Shown piece after piece: positions 25,101-33,891 of a stretch of 64,000 nucleotides of DNA. The notes beneath the pieces were generated by a model. That model was not told the DNA's origin. It searched no databases and saw only the letters and a list, made by a program, of their open reading frames with translations. The position numbers were made by a program, and so were the translations under genes. The stretch covers positions 2,533-66,532 of the forward strand of contig DASUTC010000210.1 of NCBI GenBank assembly GCA_036374795.1, read 5' to 3'. Position 1 is the stretch's first letter, and every line of letters starts with the position of its first letter. This DNA is from Herpetosiphonaceae bacterium (GTDB taxonomy: Bacteria > Chloroflexota > Chloroflexia > Chloroflexales > Kallotenuaceae).

Positions 25101-26610
25101 CTTCACCTGCGCCGATACCCTCTCAGGCGTGCAGGAGTGCGCAAGCGATGTGCTGCTCACCGACGATGGTGTGAGCCAGCGCGCCAGCGGCACCGCGACT
25201 GATAAGGCCGACAACAGCGCCAGCGCAACGGTCAGCGGCATCAAGATCGATAGCCAGGCACCGCAGACATCCGCAAATAACCAGTGCGACAGCAAGAATG
25301 GCTGGTGCAAGGGACAGACCGCAACGGTCGTCCTCACGGCTGCCGATCAGTCTGGCCTCTCAGGCGTGAAGGAGATCCGCTACAGCGTCAACGGCGGCCC
25401 TGTGCAGAGCGCGACCGGCTCAACCGCGAATGTGAATGTTCCGCTCGCAGCGCGCAGCGGCCTCGCGACGGTCAAATTCTACGCCGTGGACAACGCAGGC
25501 AACAGCGAGCTAGAGAGCGGCGTGTCGCTCAAGTTCGACAACATTGCGCCGACAATGTCGCACACGCTCAACCCAACAGCAAATGCCGCCGGTTGGAACA
25601 AGGCGGACGTGACGGTTCACTTCGATGCGACGGATGATGATGGCGGCTCTGGCGTGGACCCCAGCACAGTAACGCCCGATCAGTCGGTCAGCACGGAGAC
25701 AGCAGGCCAGACGATCAACGGCGAGGCCTACGACCTGGCGGGTAACAAAGGCACCGATGCCGTGACGGTCAGGCTCGACAAGACAGCGCCGACGATCAGC
25801 GGCGCGGCCACGACCGCCCCGAACGCCAACGGTTGGTACAACAGTTCTGTGACGGTGAAATTCACGTGCGCCGATGCGCTCTCAGGTGTTGCGACCTGCC
25901 CCGCCGATCAAATGCTGACGGCCAACGCTGCGAACCAGTCGATCACTGGCAAGGCGATTGACAAGGCCGACAACGCGCAGGATGTTGCGGTCACTGGCAT
26001 CAACATCGACTCGGTTGCGCCGACGATCACGATCAACGGGCTGAAGGCAATCTACACGCTCGGCGAGGCGGCGGCGCTCTCCTGCACCGCAACCGATAGC
26101 GGCTCTGGCCTCGACAGCCCATGCGCGATCAGCGTCAGCGGCGGTACTGCCAACGGCGTCGGCACGTTCAACTACACGGCGACGGCGACCGATAAGGCTG
26201 GCAACCTGAAGACCGAATCGGGCACCTACAAGGTGATCTACAAGTGGGGCGGCTTCCAGCAGCCGATCAATGATACCGCCCACCAGATCGGCACCAGCAC
26301 CAGCATCTTCAAGGGTGGCAGCACCGTACCGGTCAAGTTACAGCTCAAGAAGGCCGACGGCTCAATCGTTCAGTCTAATACCTTGCCGCAGTGGTTGACT
26401 CCGGCCAAGGGCAGCCCAACGACGGCTCAGGTGGATGAGAGCGTGTACAGCGATCCGGCGACAGGCGGAAGCACGTACAAGTACGATGCGACGGCTCAGC
26501 AGTACATCTACAACTGGAGCACCAAGGGTGCGGCGGTCGGCTACTACCACCGCATCGGCGTCACCCTGGACGACGGCCAGACCTACTACGTCAATATCGG
26601 TCTGCGGTAG
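22165..26610 (+). CDS. Large secreted protein made of tandem Ig-like modules (adhesin / surface-layer-like)
   Basis: Signal peptide MIKRFNTLRLFTVLGMVLGLFAPLTPTTSVSAA. About 14 modules of roughly 90-100 aa, with boundaries like (K/N)ID(K/R/T)TAPT and the motif PNA(A/N)GWYNxxVTVxFTCADxLSG. Three modules carry Y(Y/F)xxNGG. Confidence 0.8.
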   Translation: MNSQPMMIKRFNTLRLFTVLGMVLGLFAPLTPTTSVSAASVSSASFTGGTSTINVSGTLYAKNGGALTLTVVTDSTTKCVEVVGAHTATQSSNTVKSSWTFSFTAGSGDGVRTVTTTAYRSFNGQGKCTANAGESVGAYPASYILDNTGPVVTAALTPAANAAGWNNSNVSIAWTASDAGSGVASGPIPATDSQQQNTPGVPKSAIATDRLGNTGSASVTVKLDKTAPSINASRTPDPNSFGWNNSSVTIEFTCADALSGIKSCTGGGSVTLSSEGANQSVPGTAIDNADNTNNTGVSGINIDTTDPTLSGAPTTAPNAAGWYKNDVTIDWTAADTLSGIVAEPANSTIGGEGTDLIARETVSDRAGNTTSATSPAVKIDRTAPNTSATAPTSWNNTNVTVSLNAADNSSGVKATYFKLNGGAQQTGTSVAISAEGIHSLQFWSEDQAGNVEAAKSVQVKIDRTPPTINHTQSPAANILGWNNSNVTVTFTCADSGGSGVASCTAPQTVTTEGQSQAVTGTATDHAGNTATDPATVSIDKTRPTATAAADRSANSLGWYNDNVTVTFTCADALSGLYSCSASQTLGEGANQSATGAASDAAGNVSEAAVVSGINVDKTAPTLSGAATTAPNANGWYNGDVTVHWTAADSLSGLASAAPDASTIVGEGDDLSSSTSVSDKAGNSASTTVKGIKIDRTAPSTLASVPAPLDSGWYAAGFNVTLNGIDTMSGVDKTYYSVNGGAAHVYSGSFNHNTPGVSTITFWSVDQAGNVEDKAAPGHSITLKIDNLPPAIQGIRSPAANGFGWNNVPVTVSFTCADGESGLASGVAGCTDAVTLSNEGASQSVVGNALDNAGNSSSAKVEDINIDTTVPTLSGAPTTNANAAGWYKGDVTIAWTAQDGLAGIDPATQPADSVITGQGSSLSAGPVSIADKAGNSTSATVGGIKIDRTAPTISGATVNDNGTARSANAAGWFNSAVRVRFTCADTLSGVQECASDVLLTDDGVSQRASGTATDKADNSASATVSGIKIDSQAPQTSANNQCDSKNGWCKGQTATVVLTAADQSGLSGVKEIRYSVNGGPVQSATGSTANVNVPLAARSGLATVKFYAVDNAGNSELESGVSLKFDNIAPTMSHTLNPTANAAGWNKADVTVHFDATDDDGGSGVDPSTVTPDQSVSTETAGQTINGEAYDLAGNKGTDAVTVRLDKTAPTISGAATTAPNANGWYNSSVTVKFTCADALSGVATCPADQMLTANAANQSITGKAIDKADNAQDVAVTGINIDSVAPTITINGLKAIYTLGEAAALSCTATDSGSGLDSPCAISVSGGTANGVGTFNYTATATDKAGNLKTESGTYKVIYKWGGFQQPINDTAHQIGTSTSIFKGGSTVPVKLQLKKADGSIVQSNTLPQWLTPAKGSPTTAQVDESVYSDPATGGSTYKYDATAQQYIYNWSTKGAAVGYYHRIGVTLDDGQTYYVNIGLR

Positions 26611-26755
26611 GCATACACGACAGACGGGAGCCGGATCGCCCGGCTCCCGACACCCCCGCTCAGCAGACCTGCGTCATCCCCATGTCGCGATCACGCAGTG
26701 GCAAGGAACCTCTTGTGTACGGCTTCGCACGGGGCATGCGAAGATCATCGCAAGA

Positions 26756-26905
26756 GGTTCTTTGTTTAAACCAAAAACCGGGTGCCATGCGGGTGCCCTT
26801 TGGGCATGGGCGCCCGGCGGCACCGAGAACCAAACGAAGGAACAAACAACAACAGAACAAAACGCCCAATGGCTTTGTTCGCTTGTTTCCTTGTTCGCTT
26901 GTTCC
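26756..26905. repeat. Composite heptad-repeat element with GC-rich core
   Basis: Core at 26778-26824 (CCGGGTGCCATGCGGGTGCCCTTTGGGCATGGGCGCCCGGCGGCACC), flanked by GAGAACC/GGAACAA units and then inverted TTGTTCG/TTGTTTC units. It lies between two convergent genes. Confidence 0.8.
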
Positions 26906-26921
26906 CTCGCGCTTATTCCCC

Positions 26922-27839
26922 CTACACCTGCCCCACCACTGCCCGCGCCAGCGTCTCGATCCCATCCAGATCATCCAGATCGAGCCACTGGAGCATCACG
27001 CGCTGCACGCCTGCCTCGGCCAGCCGTCCAAGCTGCTCCACCACCTCCGCGCCCGTGCCCACCAGCACCCCGCGCCCGCGCAGCTCGGCGGCGTCGCGAC
27101 CGTTGAGCTTGCGCTGCACTTCGGCGTCGTCGCGGCCAAACACGACGTTGGTCATCAGCGAGCGGCGCACCTCGCTGGGCTGTCGGCTTTGCTCGTGCAG
27201 CAGCGCGTCCAGCCTGGCGTTTAGCTCGGCGAACCTGGCCGGAGAGATGAACAGGGCGTTCCACTCGCGGGCGTAGCGCGCCACCAGCGGCAGCGTGCGT
27301 CTGGGACCGTTGCCGCCGATCAGAATCGGAGGGCCGCCGGGCCGCTGCGGACGCGGCAGCAGAATTGCCTCGTGCAGCCGGTAGAAATTGCCCGCGAACG
27401 AAACCGGCTCGTCGCCGTGGAGCAGCCGCGTGGTAACATCCAGCGCCTCCTCGAAGCGCGCGAAACGCTGCGGCAGCTCCAGCAGCTCGAAGCCGAAGTT
27501 GCGATGCTCACGCTCCTGCCAGCCCGTGCCCATGCCGAGCGTCAGCCGCCCGCCCGATAGATCGTCCACCGCGCTCGCCATGCGCGCCATGATCACCGGG
27601 TGGCGGAACGAGACTGGCGCGACCAGCGGCCCGAACTCGATCCGCTGCGTATGGCTTGCCAGCCACGTCAGCGACACCCACAGCTCCAGCGAGTCGATGT
27701 CGGGCGGGTTGGAGTTGGTGAAATGATCGGAGCGGTACAGGCCCGCAAAGCCAAGATCTTCCGCCGCCCGCGCGATCCGCTGCCAGCGCGGCCAGTTCAG
27801 GCCGTTCTGGCCTTCGAGCATCAATGCAACCTCAAGCAT
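26922..27839 (-). CDS. LLM-class (luciferase-like) F420-dependent oxidoreductase
   Basis: MLEVALMLEGQNGLNWPRW...LYRSDHF is typical of the LLM family. The start was moved to ATG 27839. Confidence 0.8.
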   Translation of the reverse strand: MLEVALMLEGQNGLNWPRWQRIARAAEDLGFAGLYRSDHFTNSNPPDIDSLELWVSLTWLASHTQRIEFGPLVAPVSFRHPVIMARMASAVDDLSGGRLTLGMGTGWQEREHRNFGFELLELPQRFARFEEALDVTTRLLHGDEPVSFAGNFYRLHEAILLPRPQRPGGPPILIGGNGPRRTLPLVARYAREWNALFISPARFAELNARLDALLHEQSRQPSEVRRSLMTNVVFGRDDAEVQRKLNGRDAAELRGRGVLVGTGAEVVEQLGRLAEAGVQRVMLQWLDLDDLDGIETLARAVVGQV

Positions 27840-27849
27840 CGTCGTCCTT

Positions 27850-28674
27850 TCACGCCGGGAACTCTCCCTCCAGCGCCCGCAGATAGCGTGCCGCCGACCG
27901 CTCGACGGCGGCTTTGGCATCGCTTGCGACAATTGTCGGGAACCACGCGCCGTAGATCCGCTCGAAGGCGAAGTGGTCCACCGCCCGCACGATATGCTGC
28001 ACCGCGCTCGCTGGCAGCGGGATCAGGTTGGGGTAGCTATACATAAAACTAACGTGTCGCCGATCCGCGACCACATGGATGATGTCGCCTGTGAGCAGCG
28101 CGCCGCGTCCGTCCGCTCCCGCCGTCCAGTGCAGGACTGTGCCGCCGGGAAAGTGACCGCCGCAGCGGATCAGCGTCAGATCTTCGCCAAGCGGGTGAGT
28201 CTCGCCCTCCCAAAAGACAATCGCCGCATCGGGCCGCATCACCCACTGTCGATCGGCGGCGTGGAGGTAGATCGGCACGTCGCCGAACGCCTGGCTCCAC
28301 TCGAGCATCCCTGAGTAGTAGTGCGGATGCGAGATCGCAATTGCCGATAGACCGCCGCGCGCACGCACCGCCTCAACCGCCGCGTCGTCGAGCAGCGGGA
28401 TACAGTCCCAGAGTATGTTGCCGCCCAGCGCTTCTACCAGCAGCGCCCGCTGCCCGATCCCCAAGCTCGGCTCGATGCCGATGCCGGTCAGTCCCGGCTC
28501 GTGCTCCTTGATCAGCGTATGGCGCTCGGCCCGCAGCGCCTCAAGCGTGGTCCACTGCTGGCCCTGGTAGCCGATGTACTGCCGCTCGTCCTCACAGATC
28601 GGGCAGTGGCCGGGCGGCTGCTCCGTGGGCGCGAACTGCGTGCCGCAGGTTGTACAGATAAACGCCTGCATCAT
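27850..28674 (-). CDS. MBL-fold metallo-hydrolase with N-terminal zinc-knuckle
   Basis: CTTCGTQF...CPICEDERQ and ISHPHYY. AAGGAGGAC RBS. Confidence 0.8.
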   Translation of the reverse strand: MMQAFICTTCGTQFAPTEQPPGHCPICEDERQYIGYQGQQWTTLEALRAERHTLIKEHEPGLTGIGIEPSLGIGQRALLVEALGGNILWDCIPLLDDAAVEAVRARGGLSAIAISHPHYYSGMLEWSQAFGDVPIYLHAADRQWVMRPDAAIVFWEGETHPLGEDLTLIRCGGHFPGGTVLHWTAGADGRGALLTGDIIHVVADRRHVSFMYSYPNLIPLPASAVQHIVRAVDHFAFERIYGAWFPTIVASDAKAAVERSAARYLRALEGEFPA

Positions 28675-28767
28675 GTCCTCCTTGACACGAGCTTACACCC
28701 TGTGCGCTTCCGGCGGGCTGTCCGATCGGGCAAGCCGCCTTTGGACCTTGGTTGGATCGCTGCGGCG

Positions 28768-29700
28768 TTACGCGCCCTTCCGCAGCAGTTGGCGGAGCGC
28801 CTGCTCCGAGTTCGGATACTTGAACTGATAGCCGAGATCAAGCGCCTTTTTGGGGATCACCCGCTGGCCCTCGGCCAGCATTCCGGACACCTCGCCCAGC
28901 ACGATCCGCAGCGCAAAGCCGGGCACCGGAAACCATGAAGGCGAGCGCATCACTCTGCCGAGCGTCGCGCTAAAATCGCGGTTGGTCTGCGACTCCGGCG
29001 CGGCGGCGTTGAGCGGGCCGCGCACGCGCTGATCCTCAAGTGCCAGCATAATCAAGCCGATCTCGTCGTCAACGTGAATCCAGGGAAACCACTGCGTGCC
29101 GGGCAAGATCGGGCCGCCCGCGTAGAAGCGGAAGGGCAGCAGCATTTGCGGAAGCGCGCCCTCCCGTGGATCGAGCACGATGCCGGTGCGGACGATCGCC
29201 GTGCGAATACCCAGCTCCTCGGCTTTGGCTGCCTCGCGCTCCCACTCGATGCACGTCCGAGCCAGGAAATCGTCGCCGGGAGCCGCGCTCTCGTCCAGCT
29301 TCGTGTCGTCGCGAGCGCCGTAGTAGCCGACCGCCGAGCCGCTGACGAAGACCTGCGGCCTGTGCTGCGCTGCGCGCATCGCGTTGACCAGCCCGCGCGT
29401 GCCGATCACCCGGCTGTTGCGGATCTCGGCCTTGTAAGCGGCGCTCCAGCGCTTGCCGATGATCGGCGCTCCCGCCAGGTGGATCACGCCGTACGCGCCG
29501 TCGATCGCGCCGGTCCACGGCCCTTCCTCGGCGGGCGTCCACGTGATATACTCCGCAGCGCCCGGCAGTGAGCGCCGCGCCTGCTGCGGATCGCGCGAGA
29601 AGACCACGATCTGATAGCCTTTCGCCTTGAGCTGCTCGCATAGCCGCTTCCCAATCAGGCCGGTCGCTCCCGTAATAACTACACGTTTTGTATCAGCCAT
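28768..29700 (-). CDS. TIGR01777 / SDR39U1-type epimerase family protein
   Basis: VVITGATGLIGKRL Rossmann motif and a DUF1731-like C-terminus. Confidence 0.8.
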   Translation of the reverse strand: MADTKRVVITGATGLIGKRLCEQLKAKGYQIVVFSRDPQQARRSLPGAAEYITWTPAEEGPWTGAIDGAYGVIHLAGAPIIGKRWSAAYKAEIRNSRVIGTRGLVNAMRAAQHRPQVFVSGSAVGYYGARDDTKLDESAAPGDDFLARTCIEWEREAAKAEELGIRTAIVRTGIVLDPREGALPQMLLPFRFYAGGPILPGTQWFPWIHVDDEIGLIMLALEDQRVRGPLNAAAPESQTNRDFSATLGRVMRSPSWFPVPGFALRIVLGEVSGMLAEGQRVIPKKALDLGYQFKYPNSEQALRQLLRKGA

Positions 29701-29825
29701 TGCTCTGCTCCTCGCTGATCGATGCGCCATGCACAGTAAATGCACAACGCTTGTCCATCTACCATGATAGGCCGAATTGCGCGCGCTGGCAAGAGTAAAC
29801 CGCCGATTTGGCGATCATGCTTCAC

Positions 29826-29950
29826 GAAGTTTCAAGTTTCAAGTGTCGAGTTTCGAGTTTCAAGTTCCAAGTTCCCTGGCTCTTGGTTTGCCCAGAGCGC
29901 ACCCGGTTCGTTGTTCTTTTGTTCCTTCGTTCCCCGGTTCTTTTTTCTCT
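29826..29950. repeat. Heptad-repeat element with degenerate core
   Basis: GTTTCAAG/GTTTCGAG units, then CTGGCTCTTGGTTTGCCCAGAGCGCACCCGGTTCG, then TTGTTCT units. It lies in a divergent promoter region. Confidence 0.75.
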
Positions 29951-30013
29951 CATCCGCTGCCGCATGGCCCGTAACCTGCTGCTGTGCCGTAGAAGCTCAT
30001 ACATGGAGGACAT

Positions 30014-30808
30014 ATGCCAACGGCTGATCTCGACGGAATCTCGATCTTTTACCATGACGAAGGCCAGGGCGAGCCGCTGCTGCTGATCCACGGCTTTCCG
30101 CTCTCAAGCGATCTCTACCAGCCGCAGCGCGCGGCGCTCAGCCGCCGCTTTCGGGTGATCACGCCCGATCTGCGCGGCATGGGTCGCAGCGATGCGCTCC
30201 CCGGCGGCTACTCGATCGACGTCTACGCCGATGACCTGGTGGCGCTGCTCGATCATCTCGGCATCGGTCAGGCGATCGTCGGGGGCATGTCGATGGGCGG
30301 CTACGTGCTCTTCGCGCTGCTGCGTCGGCATCCCGATCGGGTCAAGGGGATCATTCTGCTCGATACCAAGGCCGCAGCCGATACCGAGGAAGGCCGGGCT
30401 GGCCGCTACAAGATGGCGGAGCAGGCCCGCAGTGAGGGCACCAGCGCGATTGCCGACGCGATGCTGCCCAAGATGCTGACCGAGCAGACCCGCGAGCAGC
30501 AGCCGGAGCTGGCACAGTTCGTGCGCGAGATGATGGCGACCACGTCCGTCGAGGGTATCGTCGGCGCGCTGGAGTCGATGGCGGCGCGGCCCGACTCGAC
30601 GCCGCTGCTCGGCTCGATCGCGGTGCCCACGCTGATCGTCGTCGGGCGCGAGGATCAGGTGACGCCGCTCGCGGTTGCCCAGGAGATGCAGCAGGCGATC
30701 CCCGGCGCGCAGCTTGTGATCATCGACGGCGCGGCCCACGCGGCCAACCTCGAACGACCCGCCGCCGTCAACCAGGCGATCGAGGAGTGGGCCACAGAGT
30801 GGACATGA
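30014..30808 (+). CDS. Alpha/beta hydrolase
   Basis: HGFPLSS, the nucleophile elbow GMSMGG, and the C-terminal His in GAAHAANLE. GGAGGA RBS. Confidence 0.85.
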   Translation: MPTADLDGISIFYHDEGQGEPLLLIHGFPLSSDLYQPQRAALSRRFRVITPDLRGMGRSDALPGGYSIDVYADDLVALLDHLGIGQAIVGGMSMGGYVLFALLRRHPDRVKGIILLDTKAAADTEEGRAGRYKMAEQARSEGTSAIADAMLPKMLTEQTREQQPELAQFVREMMATTSVEGIVGALESMAARPDSTPLLGSIAVPTLIVVGREDQVTPLAVAQEMQQAIPGAQLVIIDGAAHAANLERPAAVNQAIEEWATEWT

Positions 30809-31560
30809 GTCGGTGCATCGAGCGTAGGCAGTAAAAATAGGAAGCCCTGCGCGGCGTGTATACATTGTTTGTGGCTATGCGGCTGCGAATCTAACGGGTA
30901 TGCAGCCGGGTAGCCACTAGACGATCATCGTCCTCGCTTCCTGGCGGCTGTGCTGGCTCGGTCCGCTACACCAAAGATATTGAACGTTTGCTATTTTTTA
31001 AATATAGGTCTAAAGTCATACTCGGCGGTAGTACTGGATAAAACCACGCATAGTACTTATGGCCTAATTACTGGTCCTGGCTAGTTATAGTACACTCGGT
31101 TTAACTCTTCTAAACTAATAACCTATTTTTTACACACAACACCATTCTTAAATACCCCCCAATCATTTCACCCTCTACGGTATTTGGTAGCGATCAATAT
31201 TTGGTTGCGACATCTTAATCGGCACGCCAACCGATTAGTGTCTGTTGCTATCACACCTCTTAAGGCGCTGACATTCCCGCTTTCGCCCTTGCTGCCGGAC
31301 GTAACGTTGGATCGCTGTTTCACTCCCATATCGGCCAACCGTGGTGCTGAAATAGCCACGTGACCAGAAGGCTCCACCGCAGCCCCGGTGTCTTCATGTA
31401 CGAAGACTCCTGACTCAATATGTTCAGAAATAAGGAGGTGGCGCAGTGAGTGGATGAGTACTGTGCTTGGTACTGATTTGTGGATCACTAATGGATCGGT
31501 ACCACGTACTTTCTGTCACGTTCAGCCTGGAATTGAGTGCCTAGTGGAAGGATCTTCATC

Positions 31561-32658
31561 ATGTCCACCACGTATCGAAAGATCACCCCTCTGTCCATTA
31601 TCGTGTGTCTCACGATCGTTTCCTTAACTACGGCCTTCAACGCTCAAGCACGGTACTCCGAAGATAGGGGTGGGCGTTCGACAACAACGACCATCATGGC
31701 CTCCAAGGCGCAGCAGCAAGCATCGCTGGGCATGTGGACCCGCGAGGCGCGAACAGCGGCTAAGCCTTTGCCGCTCCCCTCAGAGGACGTCGCACCGCCG
31801 AATGCGGATGCAGCGCCGACGGGAGCGCCCAGTGCGGCTAGCAGCGGCGCGGCAGATCCCAAGGCTGTCCAGGCTGCTCAAGCACAATACCCCGAAGAGT
31901 GGGCCGCCCTCACAGCTAACTCCGATGCGACGACAATGGTCGAGCCAATGGGTACTGCGGGTGTCTTCACGAGCTACCTGGGCAATTACTTCTCCGAAAT
32001 GCACACCTCCTTCCCGTACGCGGCAGTGGGCAAACTCTACTTCACGACTCCGGGCGGCAGTAGCTCGTGCAGCGCCTCTGTCATTAGCGGCAATAACATC
32101 ATTGTCACCGCCGCCCACTGTGTCTTCGATACCTCCAATAATATCTGGTATAACAACTGGACCTTTGTTCCCGCAGACCGCGCTGGGGCTGCTCCTTTCG
32201 GCTCATTTCCCTGGGCCAGCGCCACTGTGTTGACCAACTGGATGAATGCCTCCGGCACAGACAGACGCTATGATGTCGCGGTGATCAATCTTGGGACCAA
32301 TAGCTCCGGTATCCCTGTAACCTCCTACACGGGCTGGCTGGGTCGGTCGTGGAACTTCGGCTCCACCCAACATCATCACGCTATCGGCTATCCGAGCAAC
32401 CTCGATAGCGGCCTGTACACCTATATCTGCGCCGCCGAAAGCTTCTCTGGTGGGACCGATGTTCTTGGGATGGGCTGCAATATGACCTTTGGCAGCAGCG
32501 GCGGTCCGTGGATTCGGGCCTTCACGCCCTACACTGGCGGCTCAGTCAACTATGTGAACTCCGTCGTAAGCGGCGGGACGCCAGGAACAAATACATTCTA
32601 CGGCGCGCGCTTCAACGACAACAACATCGTACTGCTGTGTAATACGGCTGGCTGCTAG
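31561..32658 (+). CDS. Secreted trypsin-like (S1) serine protease
   Basis: Signal peptide MSTTYRKITPLSIIVCLTIVSLTTAFNAQA. Catalytic triad contexts VTAAHCV, YDVAVINL and FGSSGGPW. GC is visibly lower than in the neighbouring genes. Confidence 0.75.
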   Translation: MSTTYRKITPLSIIVCLTIVSLTTAFNAQARYSEDRGGRSTTTTIMASKAQQQASLGMWTREARTAAKPLPLPSEDVAPPNADAAPTGAPSAASSGAADPKAVQAAQAQYPEEWAALTANSDATTMVEPMGTAGVFTSYLGNYFSEMHTSFPYAAVGKLYFTTPGGSSSCSASVISGNNIIVTAAHCVFDTSNNIWYNNWTFVPADRAGAAPFGSFPWASATVLTNWMNASGTDRRYDVAVINLGTNSSGIPVTSYTGWLGRSWNFGSTQHHHAIGYPSNLDSGLYTYICAAESFSGGTDVLGMGCNMTFGSSGGPWIRAFTPYTGGSVNYVNSVVSGGTPGTNTFYGARFNDNNIVLLCNTAGC

Positions 32659-32964
32659 GCAGGAGCAATGTAGACGGCCATCCAGAGGGCTTGATAGCGT
32701 TGCATCAGGCCCTCTTTCTACTGGTATTACCTGTCGTATGTCGGCGAAGGATAATGCGCTCTATCAGCGATCGATCAATCCATTGATCTGTTAGGATTGC
32801 CTGGTGATGTGGCTGATCGCGGTCACGCCACTCTCGAAATCGAATGGCGCGCTGATCTTGACAACTGCTGTACCGTAGTAGCTATGATCCCTATGCGGCT
32901 AGTGGCATCCTGTACCTGTCCAACTCAATGGTCGTGCTGCCGTGGGTTATACAGGGAGGAAACG

Positions 32965-33702
32965 ATGTTGAGACAATCTAAGCTCCCGCTCATATCCTCG
33001 ATCATCCTGTCTTTCTTGCTCGTGCAGTGCGGAACCTACGACGGCGACAACAGTCAGTCCTTAGCCGAGCATCGAGATGATACTCCTCATGCTACCAGCC
33101 AAACTGTATCCATCTCAAATCCTGCGGTGCAGCGCACCCCGCAGGACTCTGCCGCTCGATCTTCTCCAGCCAATGCTACATCTGGTCAGCCAGGACAGGC
33201 TTCAAGCAGCGGGGGTACAGCTCCCAGCGGACCCGTCACACCAGCCCCGTTGGAGCATCCCGATCCTCGCACATGGCAGGCCTACGTCGATAGAACCTAC
33301 CATTTTCGCATCGCCTACCCGCCGTACATAACAATTAAGCATGTGAGTGATGCAGAGCGCGCGCAGCTCACCCCGGTTCCATTGGCGGCAACCTATTTCC
33401 AAGACGGGCGAAACGAGCTTGCTGCTCTAGCGCCACCTCTGTTTTCAATCCGCATCTTTGCCAATGAGTCCCAGCAGCCTGTAGCAGACTGGCTTGTCGC
33501 ATCAGGCTTGCTCAATCGTGAAGCCGGCTGGATCGCAGAGCCATTCACAGGAGCCAATGTATCGGGGGTTAAGGTGGTTTCGCCGACGCTCATGGCACCT
33601 GGCTGGTTTCTTTATGTGAGGCATAAGGGCTTTGTTTTCCAGCTTACTCCGCTGGGTGAGGATGCTGATCGCATGTTGAGCACCTTTGCCCTGACACAAT
33701 AG
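32965..33702 (+). CDS. Hypothetical lipoprotein
   Basis: GGGAGGA RBS. MLRQSKLPLISSIILSFLLVQC is a lipobox-like signal. Low-complexity Ser/Pro linker. I recognised no family. Confidence 0.5.
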   Translation: MLRQSKLPLISSIILSFLLVQCGTYDGDNSQSLAEHRDDTPHATSQTVSISNPAVQRTPQDSAARSSPANATSGQPGQASSSGGTAPSGPVTPAPLEHPDPRTWQAYVDRTYHFRIAYPPYITIKHVSDAERAQLTPVPLAATYFQDGRNELAALAPPLFSIRIFANESQQPVADWLVASGLLNREAGWIAEPFTGANVSGVKVVSPTLMAPGWFLYVRHKGFVFQLTPLGEDADRMLSTFALTQ

Positions 33703-33744
33703 GGCATCACTCGCCTGGCTGTCTCCAACAGATCTTCGCATCAT

Positions 33745-33891
33745 GCGTCGCGAAGGTCATCACTGCCGCTCATGGGTGCCCAGGAGATGCAGCAGGCAAT
33801 CGAAGAGGGGGCCGCGCCGTGGACGCAGCATGCCTTTGAAACCTGGGCTGGTACCCCATCGATCAGCTTGGCCGGGAACAACGCCGCATGA
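33745..33891 (+). pseudogene. Degraded duplicate of the 3' end of the alpha/beta-hydrolase gene
   Basis: 33778-33801 matches 30677-30700 at 23 of 24 nt (GCCCAGGAGATGCAGCAGGCRATC). The next block, CAGGCAATCGAAGAGGGGGCC, matches 30773-30793 at 18 of 21 nt. This implies an 81-nt internal deletion between two CAGGCGATC repeats. Confidence 0.5.

Noticed and set aside
30872-30914. Long imperfect hairpin GGCTATGCGGCTGC-15 nt-GCAGCCGGGTAGCC after the hydrolase gene, considered as a tRNA-like or att structure.
   Set aside because: There is no cloverleaf and no U-tract. It may simply be a weak terminator at the islet border, and I could not support more than that.
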